A stretch of DNA of 64,000 nucleotides from Octopus sinensis (Eukaryota). A program made the translations under genes and the position numbers. Positions 26,833-40,638 of this stretch are shown here, piece by piece. Under the pieces are notes generated by a model that did not search any database, was not told the origin of the DNA, and saw only the letters and a list, made by a program, of their open reading frames with translations. Position 1 is the first letter of the stretch; each line of letters opens with the position of its first letter. The stretch covers positions 52,204,001 through 52,268,000 of the forward strand of contig NC_043007.1 of NCBI RefSeq assembly GCF_006345805.1, given 5' to 3'.

Positions 26833-28117
26833 ATCAAAGGGGTCTCCCAACACAAACCTCTGCTCCCTTTTACACACACAAGTTTTACAATGTAAGAAGC
26901 TCAATGTTCTTATTTAGGCATGTCTGCCACTCTACTAATAAACAGTTTACATTATGAGGAAACAATATTGAAGATCATTAATAAGATTATAATTTTCCAG
27001 CTAATTAACTTTGTCTTCAGAAATTACCATTTTTAAAGATTATTTTTACAATATTTATATCTGTGATACATTTTGATCAGTTTGATTGCTGATGGTTAAT
27101 ATGATGTTATGTTCCTGGGTGTGTATGTAGTACCAACTGGTGTGTATGTAGTACCAACTAGGAGTCTGTAGTTCTAAAGAAAAGTTCATAATATTTTTCT
27201 CCATTAGGCCACTGACATTTAGAGGTTTATTCTACTGTAGAGCTTTATTTTATAGATACAATTACATAGTTACATACACACAAGTAGATGTATGTCTGTA
27301 TGCAAGTTTGAATGTATGTTCATATGTATGAATGTATGTATGTAATTATGTACGTTTGTATGTATTATTTATGTATGTGTGCATGCATGTATGTCTGTTC
27401 CTGCATAATGTATTGATATATATTGCACACAATCACACAAAATTAGCAATATGTTGCCAAAGCATTGCAAATTATTAAAACATGCCAAAAATAAAGCATT
27501 ATCTTCCACAGACATTCTTATTGACACCAAATAAAGCCATATTTATCAAAAGTAAACAAAAACAACAAAACTCAACAATATTAAATGTTAAACATAAAAT
27601 AATATTAAAGAACAAGAAATGACTCTCACAACAAAAATATTAAAAGCATAACAAAATAAGCTCAACCTTTACAAAGATGTTTTTTTGTGATCTGATTTCC
27701 CTAGAATTGTTCCTTTATATGATAGAAACAGCTACACCTTGATACTGACAGAGTATGAGTATGGTGATATGTGTGTGTGTGGGGGGGGGGGGGGAGATAG
27801 ATAGGAACACCAGTGAAAATAGCCAAGCGGGTCAAATATTGGACAATCTACCATCTCATGGTACAGAATCTAACAAAGTTGTGTGTCATTGTTTTGCTGT
27901 TTCAGCTCATGACTGAAGGTCTCATGTTTTCTTATGGTCAGCAGCACCCACTCTAGGCCTCTATGGGAATGTTTTATCAGTTCGTTCATCCCCCAACTAC
28001 ATTTAACACTACCCCGACAGTTATTGTAATGAAATACACTGTCCACATATTTTTAATTTCTGAAATATTGAAGAATTTGGTAACATTCAGTAAAATAACT
28101 AATTTCTCCATTATTAA

Positions 28118-29412
28118 CCCTTTAGCATTCAGAGTCCTCTGTGAAATGTAATGCTTATTATTTATTCACATTGTTTTGAAGTAATCATGAATTATCTTAT
28201 AGACTTCATATTTCAATTTTGTGATTATTTTTAGAAAGACATTGTAGGATAAGTGTGAGAGGTTGAATCTGGTTAATTTCAACATAAAACAAGTAAAATA
28301 TTTGGGCCTGATATGGCTGGTTTAACCCTTTCGTTACTATATTTCTGACCAAATTACACCCCTTATATGTTTCAATTAATTTCTAACGTAATCATAAATT
28401 TAGTCTGGTTTCATTAAACAAGTATAACTTTTTTATTTATCGATATATTAATCTGATTTTTGGAAGATAATTTAATGAAATATTCTCAACCAATTCTATA
28501 CTATAATTTTTGTCACAAAGTGACTCTAATTGCAGGTAGATACAGGTAAATTCAACAAAATATAAAATTATTAAAATTTTGTTCAAACATCGCTATAGAA
28601 AATGGGTTATTAGCTAATATTCAATTGGGTATACAACAAAATTTTACGATAGAATTTGTTATTCTGGGTAACTTTCTGATACCCATAATAATATTTATGG
28701 CAAAATAGTCTTAATTTCATTTAAGGTTGTGGGAAATAACAAACTATCCTTTCTTTCGCTTTGTTTATGTTTAGCCTAACGGTTCGTTTCCGCCGTAATG
28801 ATTTCAAATAGGCTCATTCTAAAAAGTTAAAAGAAATAGTTTAAGGCTTTACTCTTCTGGGAAAGTCTGTGACTTGGTCCAGTTTCTTCAGAAAAATCAC
28901 CGAAAGAAACAGTTTTTAAATGTTCACTCTATTCGGGTGCCAATTCATTTTCTTTATCGCTGTCGATCTCGGATTCACAGTTTTCACTTTCGGAAAATGA
29001 AACATCAGATTCATTATCAAATACTGGGTGCTTTTTTTTTCAGTCATAGAGTTAGATTTATGAAGGTCTTCAGTAGAAAATCCTTCGAATTCTGACTCAC
29101 TGCTTGATATAATGAAATTCGTATCCATTTTTTGTCAGAATTACAAATTTTGAAAACACAATAGGAACAAATTTCGGAAAAAAATCTCCCAAAATTCACG
29201 GAATTAAGATTACACTTCGATTATTGTTCAAAACGGTAGTTGAACTCTTTACGAAGTATAATACGTGTTTTCACGAATGTACTAAAGAGATTTGCTCTGA
29301 TATTCTCATTTAAATATGAATAGGTAAATTCGGGCGGTTTGGTCTCATTAACCAAAATTTTTTTCGGGCGGCTTTGGGCGGTTTGGTAACGAAAGGGTTA
29401 AATGCTAAAGAG
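28118..29412. mobile_element. piggyBac-type MITE (outer), interrupted near its right end
   Basis: TTAA|CCCTTTAGCATT at 28114 and AATGCTAAAGAG|TTAA at 29401-29416. Confidence 0.75.
28326..29397 (-). mobile_element. Non-autonomous piggyBac-like element (inner, 1072 bp)
   Basis: Perfect 12-bp TIRs CCCTTTCGTTAC/GTAACGAAAGGG; TTAA TSD at 28322-28325 and 29398-29401; subterminal GGGCGGTTTGGT repeats; short acidic ORF start MDTNFIISSSESEFEGFSTEDL. Confidence 0.88.
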
Positions 29413-30133
29413 TTAAGTTACTGTTTGGAACAGAGCTCTTGGTGGTTTCTTCTACAAAAGGACTTAAATGGTGATGCAGTTGTCAAAAGGTAAACAACAA
29501 CCTATTAACAACCTTGGCAATTCACACTCACACACATAGAAATACGCATGGTGTACACATGAAGAGGGAATATTATGAGATTTATTAAATATCTTTGTAA
29601 CAAAAAGAATAAAAAGTATAAAACACTAAATCAATAGAACTTTAAAAGTAATGTAAGAGTTAAACAACAAAATTTTATCCTGTGTACTTTGAATGTACTT
29701 ACTTGCTGCTTTCTATCCCCTTTCATTTATTTTTTTTGCAATGAGTTGTAATACCCCTGAGTGCAGTGTGAGTGTTACATTTGTGTTTCTTGATAATCAA
29801 AATAACTAATGAAAATTCTGAAATGTACTTTATTCCATTTATTTATTTATTTATTTTTGATTTTTTAAGTTTATATCCATGGATTCCTTCTTTGGTCATT
29901 TCTTGAGTCTAAAAGATTTCAGTTTTCACAAGAGTCAAAGACTGACAACTTCTAAATAATATGTGGAAATTTTCTGTTGGGCAAAATTAGTGAAGGGACT
30001 TGCTTAAAAAGCAATATAGATGATAGAAATACAATATCTTTTCCACTTGGCTATTATACTTCCTCACTCACTCTATAATAATAAATATAAAAATAATAAT
30101 GATGATGATGGTGGTGGTGATGGTGATAACATT

Positions 30134-30171
<38 letters not shown>

Positions 30172-31260
30172 TGAAAGCAATAAAATTACTGAAACCCCTA
30201 ATGTAATTAAGAAATGGCAGGCTGAGTATTAATTGAGATATAATGCTGTTGAAATTATAATTGTTAAGTAGAGTGGGGGCAAGTCTTGGATGGTTAGTTG
30301 AAATTCAAGGATTGGGGCTGGGTCCTTGAAAGTGGGTTGTAGCCAGAACATGCTGCAACAACATTGCCACTTACTAAGTCTGTAACCGTGTAGATCCTTC
30401 ACATTGACCTCAGGCTCTTGTTCTGAACAGAGTGAGAAGAAGGATAAAATAAAAGAGATAATGATAAAAATAATAATAAAATTAAATAAAATGAATAAAT
30501 CAATTTTACTGATGACATTCAAAATAAAATAAAATAAAATGAATCAAATGTAATCCTTAAATACAAATAAAAATAAAAAGACAGTTTCAAAAAAAAAAAT
30601 TGGGTGAAATATAGAAGATAAATTCTTTTGTGGTAAACATAATGTATAAAAATATAAACAAAAAAGAAAATATAGGTAAAAACATAAAACATTTTACACA
30701 AATAAACATTGGTCTTTCTTATTTGAAAGTAACACTGTGTGTGTATATAAAACTAATTCTAAATTGAAAGACCCTAACAAATTTTCAAATTAAATGAATG
30801 CTATACTAGAAACTGAAATTTATAGATTTCAACTAAATAAAGAATTAAATAAAATGTTTAATAAAACTGATAAAATTTTATTTTGAAACAAAGATTAAAC
30901 AGAAAAAAAATTCACACACACACACACACACACATGTATTAACATACATGCACACACAAACATTATATATAATATTTCTCTTTCTTTTATATTATAACAA
31001 GAAGTACATTTGAAACCTAACACATTAATACACATACACACATTGAGGATTTTTGTCATTTATTTTAGATAGTTACTTTTAGCAATGAAAATGAAACTGC
31101 AGAGAAATCTAAGAACAAAAGAATAGAAGAGAATAGTAGATATGACCCTAAAGGGGGAAGAACAGGGACATATAAGGTATGACAGCTGTAAGGTTTAGTT
31201 GTAAATAACAGTAGTAATGTTGCTCTGGCAACCACCACTACCAAACATCATTGTAAACAC

Positions 31261-32543
31261 TAAAGGTGGGCACCGTTAATCGAAAAGTTAACTTCATTAT
31301 CTGTTAATCCATTAAACAAAAAAAGTTAACTTCATTAACCAAAAAGTTAACTTCGATAACTGTTAACCAGCTAATTCTTTAAAAATGTAACGTAAGTTAT
31401 TGATAAACCGTGAACATTAACTTTTATTATAGAAAAAAAAAATCAGTTTTTGCTCTAAAACCACCTAAAAACACCTTTAAAAGGTTCCAAAACTATAAAA
31501 ATCAAACTTTTTTTGGCCCTTTTAAGGGCTTTAAAATCCCCAAAACTATAAATTTTTTTTTTTTTTTTTTGTTTGCTTTGGAGTTAAAAATGCTGATTTC
31601 ATAATTTTGGTCCTTTTTTAGGTTTTTAAAGGCTTTTAGAGCCAGAAAAAAAAGGTGGGGGAAGAACTCAAGTGAAACACAATATTAGTATTACACTAAA
31701 AAAGTTAATTGATAAAGTGGCTATAAAAATAAAAAAACAAAAATCATGATATATAACATAATTTCATTTTTCCCTTTCTTCTTGTTCTCCAATTTGTTCA
31801 TGAGATGCATGTTGCCCTTCATGAAAATTAGCATGTCAAAGTTTTCATCAGGCAGGCCCTCAAGATGTCCTTGCCTTAGATAACAAATGTTCCACTGCAG
31901 TACTGGAGGGGATGGCTGTGTTGAACTTGATGAACAAGTCCACCAACACTTGATCATCCAAGAAGGCAATATCTGTCAACAAGTACTTGGAATTGGTCTC
32001 CAACCAGGTCTTGACCAAATTCTGGGCTTTGTCCTTGAGTGACCTGTGGCTCCTGCTGCTCTCATTTGGCTGGGTGACACCACTGGAGATGTCATCCTCC
32101 TCTTTGTTATTGCTACTCACTTCGCCAGACTGCTTCCACCTCAAGTTTCACCTCATCTGGTTGCATAAGTATGACAACACCAAGTTGAGGAATAGCATGG
32201 AGGGTGTTGTCATACTTATGCAACCAGATGAGGTGAAACTTGAGGTGGAAGGCAGCAGCCAGCTGGCATTCCTCATCCTCCAGGAAGGTCCTAAACCTTT
32301 TGCTGATGCCTGCCAAAAGTGCGTTGACCAAGGGGATGCAGTAGACAAGGCCCTTGGACTTCAAGTCCATGAGCCTAAAGATCATTGTAGCAACTTGAGT
32401 TAATGGAAGTTAACTCAAGAAGACTTGAATCAACAGAAGTTAATTAGTCTGATAATGATTTCCAAAGTTAACTTAAAAGTTAAATCATTAACGAAAATGT
32501 TAACTATATTAATTAATGATTAACGGTTTGGTGCCCAGGTTTG
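31261..32543 (-). mobile_element. Internally deleted hAT transposon
   Basis: Perfect 8-bp TSD GTAAACAC (31253-31260 and 32544-32551); imperfect TIRs ..TGGGCAC; subterminal GTTAAC repeats; transposase C-terminus AAAFH.KF and LFIKFNTAIPSSTAVE.L.S...NFDMLIFMKGN (hAT dimerization region). Confidence 0.92.
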
Positions 32544-32899
32544 GTAAACACACTGATCGATTACTTCTGGAAAGCCTTTGATAATTAGTCTGTTCTGTCA
32601 AAGATGAGTTGTGGCTAAATAACAACCCCTATAACTTTCTTCTTCAGAACATTTTACTTGAACACCCACATGTTCGACTCACTTCCACAACATCAAGACC
32701 ACATTTTTCACTCGTTTCATCACATGTTGAATTTATCTATGATGCTCCATAGTCACATGATCTTTGGTACCTCAAGACGTGTACATCACTCATTCCACTA
32801 TCAGAGGCCACACGTTGCACTCACCTCTCACCTCCTCAAAGATACACACTCCTCAAGGCCTCATATTGCAGTCACATATCTATCACCTCCTCCAACAGA

Positions 32900-33651
32900 T
32901 GTCCTTATGAAAGACTGCTGAATGTTGAGAATGAATGGGAGGAGGATAGTCTGTCAAAGGTCAACCCAACTGAGGGACCAGCAACCCCAATCAACAGTAC
33001 CCTAGAAGATAAAGAAATTAAGGATATGAAAACAGGGAAAGCACCTTGCCCATCAGGAATCACCGCTGAGATGCCTAAAATATCGGGTGGTGTGGGTTAT
33101 GGTCTTGTCACCTGCATCGTAAATCAGAGAGTTCTTGAAGGAGTCATACCCAATGACTGGTGTAGCAGCACCATAGTCAACTGCTACAAAGGTAAAGGTG
33201 ATGCTTTAGATAGAAACTACTATAGGGGTACCAAATTACTGGATCAGGTGATGAAAGTTACAGAGAAGGTCATGGCCCAACTAATTAGGGAGAGAGTTAG
33301 CCTAGATGAGATGCAGTTTTATTTTGTGCCAGGCAGAAGCACCACTGATGCTAAGGCAACTGCAGGAGAAATATCTAGCCAAAGATAAACGTCTGTATTT
33401 GGCTTTTGTTGACTTGGAGAAAGCCTATGACAGGGTCCCCCAATCCCTTATGTAGTGGTCAATGTGGAAACTGGGGATAGACAAGCAGTTGGTAAGAGCT
33501 GTACAGGGGTGATGTCAGTAAGTTGAGGGATGGCAACAAATATAGTGAAGAATTCCAAGTAGAAGTAGGGGTTCACCAAGGATCAGTCTTCAGGCCCCTC
33601 TTATTCATCATAGTCCTCTAGGCAATAATAGAGGAATTCAAGACAGGTTGC
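32900..33651 (+). mobile_element. RTE-clade LINE reverse transcriptase fragment
   Basis: YERLLNVENEW...MKTGKAPCPSGITAEM...IVNCYKGKGDALDRNYYRG.KLL...MQF.FVPGRSTTDA / AFVDLEKAYDRVP...VGVHQGSV..PLLFII, with frameshifts and stops. Confidence 0.92.
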
Positions 33652-34362
33652 TCCAGTACTCAGGTAACAAAATAATTTCATTTTGTTCCACCTCCAGAAT
33701 TATGTTTACTTATATAAAATCCCCTACATTAAATACATTGACTAAACATTTTGCAGTCCTTGCTAACTCACTCCCTGATCTAAAGACATCAATGTTACCA
33801 GGAGAAACTGAAGATGTCATAGTGGCTTGTATGCATGTGTGCATGGGAATTATAGAATTTCAATGGTGAAAGAGTAGCAAAGGTAACAGCTTTTCAAAAT
33901 GTCTCTCAAATTTATTTAATTCTGGTGGCACTTTACGAACCAGGGAGAAGTCAGTTCCACAAAAATGGTTTCCTGTAGAACTGATCAAGGAAAAATTGGA
34001 TGTTTCTCAATGCAGCCCTCACACAATTCCCATCTCTGTAACTGTAAGTTAGGTATCAGAGGGGGAACAGATATATTGTGGACTATAAAGTTTTACTACT
34101 GTTTGATCTGATTAAAAAATGAATTCAGATCAAACAGATTTGGGTACAAATCTAAGCTAGGTGAAAATCTAAGCTGCTCTTATTGACAAGCAGTGATGTT
34201 TAGCTATTATTCAAGGAATTTTAGCAGAACTGCTAATGCAATACTATTTCTATCAATCTGTTCACTCAAGAAACCAAATCTCCTTTAACAACAAGAACAA
34301 CATTTTAAATGCTAAATCTAAGGACCACCATAAACATAGACTGTAGCTAGAAAAGAACAGAA

Positions 34363-34447
34363 CTGGCATAGGTCTAACTTGGCATATGTCTAACTTTGAG
34401 TAGGTCTAATTTGGAGTATGTCTAAAATACTATGTATCTAACTTGGT
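34363..34447. repeat. Degenerate 16-bp minisatellite, about 5 units
   Basis: CTTGGCATA(G/T)GTCTAA-like units in tandem. Confidence 0.7.
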
Positions 34448-34964
34448 GTAAGTGATGCTAAGTATGAAACAATGATAACTACAACAGCAATAGCAAAGTA
34501 ATTTTTATATGCTTGTTCAACAAGCTAGGAATAATGACCAGATCTCCCTCAAGCCAAGCCCTAATGTCTTTAAATAGAAGCACACTTTGGATAATGAAGT
34601 CCAAGAGACATTATTTGTGAAAAAAATATTAAAGATAGTATGTCTTTGATTAAAAGTTTACTTAGGTGGACTTGGTACTAAAACAACACCCAAACTAGTT
34701 ATTCTACACTCTGATGATAGCTCAATTCCAAAAGAATTGTTGCACATAGTTTTACATTAACAGTAACAAAGTTGTAAAGAAGGGAAAAAAAGGCAACAAA
34801 ATAAAGATGGTTGTTGATGTTGTATATGGTAGCAGGAAGATACTTGTAGTTACACGGAAGGAAATGAGATTCTTCATACTTAAGAACTAAGTAAAACAAT
34901 TTTATGACTATCAGACATGAGGTATCTGTCTGTCTGTACCTAAATCTCTCTTATCTCTCTCTCT

Positions 34965-35040
<76 letters not shown>

Positions 35041-36849
35041 GACAGATCATACATACACACACAGATATATTTATGCAACAGCTATGAACTAACAATATTC
35101 TCAGATATTTCAAAGTGTGTCTGGAAGTGATACACAAAGTATGTTGCCAATGGTATAGCAACTGGTGATGCTAAACACAAATAAGTTTGGTATGGAGTAG
35201 ATGCTGGTAAACTAAACAGAGCTGAAAAGATGCAGTGTTTGGTAACTGCTTGGTAATACATAATTCATTGTTCATTGAAATGGTAGTCTGATTTAATAAA
35301 AGACAGTGCCATTTAATAAGAAGGTTTCTGGGAGTAAAAGAATAGTTTTCTTTCTGTTTGACTAAATTTAGTTATTAAACTTGAATAAATAGACAGCTTT
35401 AAATAACTTCAAATAGGAACACGGCTTCCTTTCTTTCTTCTACATAGATCTATATAAAAGGGAGAGTTTAAAGAAAAAAACTTAACTCAATTTCTCTATA
35501 TATCCCAAAATGTAACTGATATGTATGTGTGTAGAAAGAAAATGAGGAGCGAGACCAACAGACAGACAAGTCTGTCTCGTTGCCTTGACAACATGTATCA
35601 CCATCATGTAAGTGGTGTGATTCATTTCCAATTTTCCATGAAAACATGTCTGGTCATCAGGAAATATTACTTAACTTGGAAAGAGGAATGAGGGTTGGCA
35701 ACTTGATGGGAATTTAGCTGTACAAAATCCACCTCAACAAATCCTATCTAGCCCATGCAAGCATGGAAAACTGGTTGCTATAATGATGATTTTATTACAA
35801 ATATTTAATGAAACTTTGCAGAGACTGGTAGTTTCCGATGGAGTAAATTATGATTATGTTGATAGAATTTAGAAAAACCATAACATATATTTATTGCAAA
35901 TAAACACAAAAAATTTGTTTTATTTAATTTTATTTTAAGGTAATAAATACTTTCCTTCTGAAAATTAGTATTCAATCATCATCTAGTATATGCACAAAGA
36001 AATTTGATACAGCTAAATTGTAATTATTATTATAAGTATGCTATATTTCCTGACAAAAGGAAACTTTGAAAGTTACTGGTCATGTAACGAACAGGTAGCA
36101 CTCTAGTTTGCAAATACTAGCAGATAGCCAGATGTTACAAAATATCATAAGGATAATTTATATAATTATCTTAATGCAGAAATACAAATTATTGCTATTC
36201 AGTGAAGTACAATATTTTCTGAAAAACTAATTTTAACATCTATATAACGTCATGGTACAATTATTTTAATAAAAGAACTGGCAGAATTAGCCATGGGTAA
36301 GTAATGTTAGTCATTAGTACAGGGTGTGATGACCCTGTCCAGCATAGGTCCTGAACTCAGCTGGCCCCAGCTAACAGTATTAGGTATGTGTCCCTTTCTA
36401 GGGCTACAGGTCCTTAATAAAAACCATTGAAATACCAAGATGATATCTGATGGCAGATATTTATGTCCCAGAGGCAGGTGATGAACACTTTAGTTATGAT
36501 TAACACTAAGAACTAGTATCTCAAGGAAAAACATTGGTTGATAGTAAACCTTAAATTACATGTGACACAGTCATAGACTGACGTGTGACACAATGATATG
36601 TGACAAAGTGATATGGCAATGTGCGACAATGAGAGAGAGAGAGAGATACAGTGGCATAAGATACAGTGGGTATTGGATGTTTTTGAAAGGTAGACTTCAG
36701 AAGTAGTTACACAAGGGTTCATGTATCCCTAGGGAGGAGTTGTGAGATCTGTCTTGATTGATGACACCAAATAAATGAGAGAATAAGGCTAATACCTCGT
36801 AGTATTTTGTTATGTCCCTGTATGTTCTTGGTTCAAATCCAGCTGGAAG

Positions 36850-37640
36850 CAATAATAATAATAATAATCCTTTTTACTATAGGCACAAGGCCTGAAATTT
36901 TGGGAGAGGGAGTCAGTTGATTAACCTGAATGCTAAACTGGTACATATTTCATCAATCCCAAAAGGATGAAAGAGGCAAAGCCAACTTCGGCGGCATTTG
37001 AACTCAGAACAAAAAGATGGATAAAATGCCGCTAAGCATTCTGACTAGTGTGCTAATGATTCTGCCAGTTTGTTGCAATAATAACAACAGCAACAATAAC
37101 AATAATAATAATAGAAATAATAATAATGATAGATGTTTCTGATTTAGGTACAAAACCAGCAATCTTGTGGAAAGGAGTTAGTTAATGTCATCAACCCAGT
37201 ATTTGACTGGTGTCTTATTGAGCCTGGAAGGATAGAAGGCAATTAAAGGGAGAATAAGTTTATAATTGTCAAGAAACTGTAGAAACTGCAAGTGAAGATT
37301 GGGGAGGAATGAAACAAACAGTTTTTCTCTAGAATATTCAAAGAAATACATGAGTAAAAACTTTGAAAAATAATTATAAAGCATTCCCATTTTCATTTTT
37401 GGGTTTTGAAATTAATTGATTCACTGATTGCAATTATATAAAAATTACTAAAGGTGACACAAGGCCACAGAAGTGTGTGGAGTCAGAGGGCTGACCAGTT
37501 TATTTTGCAGGTTTTCATAAAAACCTAGCACAAAGATGAATGGCAAAGTCCACTCCAGCAGGAACTGAACTCAGAATATAAAGTAAGAGACATGAATAAA
37601 CACTACATGCCATTTTAACCACTGCTCTACCAATTCTGCC
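36850..37640 (-). mobile_element. Three family-B SINE copies/fragments
   Basis: Family-B motifs at about 36870-37075, 37130-37250 and 37510-37640. Confidence 0.7.
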
Positions 37641-38083
37641 AAATTATAATTAATAATATAAATATTATATACAACTTTATTAACTTCATAATTAAAGATA
37701 CAATTTTTTTTTAAATGTTTACCTCTACATTTTTGGATATGTACTAGAGAACCACCCTAAAATTGAACAAATACTGCCATCTCTGGGATGACATGTAAAT
37801 AGAGAAAAAGATTATTACTTTTAGTTTAGCAAAAAAATTTCCTTATATAAATTTAATTTGCCGCCATGTGCATGAGGGAATAAGATGCCTGATGATGATG
37901 ATGATGGTGGTGTGGTGATTAGGGGTAAAATTAATAAGAAATGATAATGTAAACATTTAAATAAAACAAATATGAAATTAATAAATAGTTTGATAAGCTC
38001 TCAACTTATCAACAACAGGTTATCTCACATATTTCAACATTCTTCAATGTGTGATGTCATATTGGGAATGAAGCAATGCCTAC

Positions 38084-38183
38084 CTTGCATTGGTTTCCAC
38101 GCACATTTTATATCTATATCCACCACACGGGCAAGATGACATTCTGCAACTTGCACATTGGGTTGCTCTGCAACAGACTCCAT
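38084..38183 (-). CDS. Candidate initial coding exon
   Basis: AAAATGG start context; MESVAEQPNVQVAECHLARVVDIDIKCAWKPMQ then CAAG|GTAGGC donor (phase 1); in-frame stop upstream. No homologue recognised. Confidence 0.3.
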
Positions 38184-39162
38184 TTTTAATTTACTTCTCG
38201 TTCTTCGTGTAAATTGTTTTTATTTTGAGCAATAAAAAGTAATCTTAACAATTATAACAATATATGTATGTATACACCAAGTTTTGATGTTTATATATAT
38301 ATATATGTTTGGGTGTATAAATAGGAGAAAAGTACTCAATATATTTAGTGGTGTTTACTTGTCCAAAGTTTGAAGAAATGCACACACAAGTGAGAAACTT
38401 GTAGTGATAGTTTTGAACAAATATATATGTCTATATATGTGTGAATATAGAACAAATTTAGAACTTCTAAATAATGTAAGATTTTTTTCCTGCTATTAAT
38501 AACTTTAGGGTTTTATAAAGGATATGGCATTTCAAAGATGCTGTTGCTTATAAATTAACAGAGAAATTATAATTATTATAGGGCTTTTTCTTTTCTTTTT
38601 TTCTTTCTATTTTATCTTTTTGTTTTGTTCTGAAATGAAATAAAATGGTCCCTTCACAAAATTTGAAAGAAACAAAGAAAGAAAGGGTGATCTAGAAGAA
38701 TGACAAAATAAAATGCATAGCCACTGCACACACACCCAGTGAAGATGTCAGTTGCAGTTTCTGTCTTAGTTTAATAACATGAAATAGTTGTGAAACTATA
38801 TACTTATATACCTATATAATCTATTTGTAGATGTGTATGTTTGTATGTAGTGCCACTCTCCAAGGGTGTGTGTTATATATTTCAGCTCGAAAGTCAGTTA
38901 GTATAGGGTACACATTACTGTTACTGTTATCTTCTGTGAGGAACTATAGCAGCCGGTTGGTAGAGAGCAACCCTAAGCAGTGGTTGGCAAGACACTAACT
39001 GAAGCACAGAAGAATAAAAGGAGACAGACAGACAAATAGACAAACAGACAGGAATAAAGATAGGATAACCATAAAAAGGAAAAAGATAAAGAAAAACACA
39101 TCAGTGATTTTTTTGTTAAATCATCTTTTTTTTTCTTCTTTGTATTCTCATAATTCTTCAAG

Positions 39163-39251
39163 ACACCACTACCACCACCACAACCATCAGCACCTCCCAG
39201 CATTACCTGTCTCACCCTCAAAACATTCCAATAGATTTCTGCAGGAAGATG
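39163..39251 (+). CDS. Candidate internal exon
   Basis: About 30-nt pyrimidine tract + TTCAAG acceptor and ATG|GTAAGT donor; two frames open (TTTTTTTISTSQHYLSHPQNIPIDFCRKM or HHYHHHNHQHLPALPVSPSKHSNRFLQED). Confidence 0.38.
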
Positions 39252-39669
39252 GTAAGTAGAACTACAACAAGAATCACAACCAGAAACAACCAAACTAAGC
39301 CAAAAAGTAAGGAGGGGAAAATAATGAACACACACACAAAAAAGAGATAAAATGATAATAATGATGGGGTAGAGGAATTAAAAGCCAAGTGAAATAAAAA
39401 CCATATTATGGGGGTGGGATGCTGGGGAGGGGAAAAAGTTATAAAGAAAACAAAACTATCAAAGAAAAAAAAACCAAAAAGAGCCACAAATAAAGATGAG
39501 GTGAAATATACACATAATTACATACATGACAAATGTGAGTGTAAAAGTGAGTATTTGTGTATATACGTGTTAGTATAGGTGTGTGTGTGTATATACACAC
39601 ACATATATGCAACATCCAACCCATGTCAGCAGGGAACATGGACACTAAATGATAATGATTGCATATGCA

Positions 39670-39706
<37 letters not shown>

Positions 39707-39728
39707 AAATATATATATATATATATAT

Positions 39729-39970
39729 ATATGAATAAAAAATGAAGTTAACGCAGGTTTAAACAAGTATTTTTACTTTCGACACATGTTTCGAAAATTC
39801 CACTGATACTATTCAAAAGAATAAATGGTATTTTTTTCACTTTCCCGAAGAGAAGATTGCATTGTTTATACCATTTATTCTTTTGAATAGTATCAGTGGA
39901 ATTTTCGAAACATGTGTCGAAAGTAAAAATACTTGTTTAAACCTGCGTTAACTCCATTTTTTATTCATAT
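39729..39970 (+). mobile_element. Fold-back (inverted pseudo-LTR-like) Penelope-type remnant: 103-bp arms, 36-nt spacer
   Basis: 39729-39831 is the reverse complement of 39868-39970 with one mismatch; a hammerhead-like motif spans the spacer and right arm; (TA)n on the left flank. Confidence 0.7.
39839..39924 (+). ncRNA. Hammerhead-like motif with variant core CCGAAGA
   Basis: ACUUUC-CCGAAGA-GAAGAUU...AAUUUUC-GAAAC(AUGU)GUC-GAAAGU: 6-bp stem I, 7-bp stem II with a large loop, GUC site; U4 replaced by C. Confidence 0.6.
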
Positions 39971-40113
39971 TATTCAAAATATTCAACGTAAACACGAAGT
40001 TTCAACCTTTATAAACAAGGAGTTACAACATCTTTACTTGTGAGATTTTTGCTGCCCTGGTAACTATTTATTTATTTTTCCGTGTTAATTGTTAACAAGG
40101 TAAAAATACACTC

Positions 40114-40146
<33 letters not shown>

Positions 40147-40638
40147 GTCAAGAATAAAAGGGTAAAATTAATTAATATATATATATATATATATACACAA
40201 ACATACATAGGTGTCTATACATATATTATACATGTGTGTGTATATAAATACATATCATCTAGCAAAAATGGAAATGAAAAGAAAAATGATGACAATGAGT
40301 GTTATTATGATGTAGATAAACAATTACAATCATATTGCTGATGCAATATATGTATGTGTCTGTGTGTTCACATTTGTCTCTGTATATGCAATCCATGGTG
40401 GCCAGCAAGTATTTAGGGGTTTACCGGGTTAAAAGAGAGATAGGAGTATTGAGGTTAGTATAAATGTGCATAAATATAGATATATATGTAATTTTTGGAC
40501 TAATGGATATATGTCAATTAGTGTGTTGATGTGTTGAGTAAAGCACTAGCACAGTTTAGGCTGCCTGGTTCATTTGCAGTTGGGGTATATTTCCATTGGA
40601 TCTACTTCAGGAATTCTGCAGTGTTAGTTGAGATTAAT

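Noticed and set aside
35625-35665. Minus-strand CTGATGA...GAAA
   Set aside because: Stem II does not begin after the core and there is no NUH or stem I; it lies within a common SINE-like repeat.
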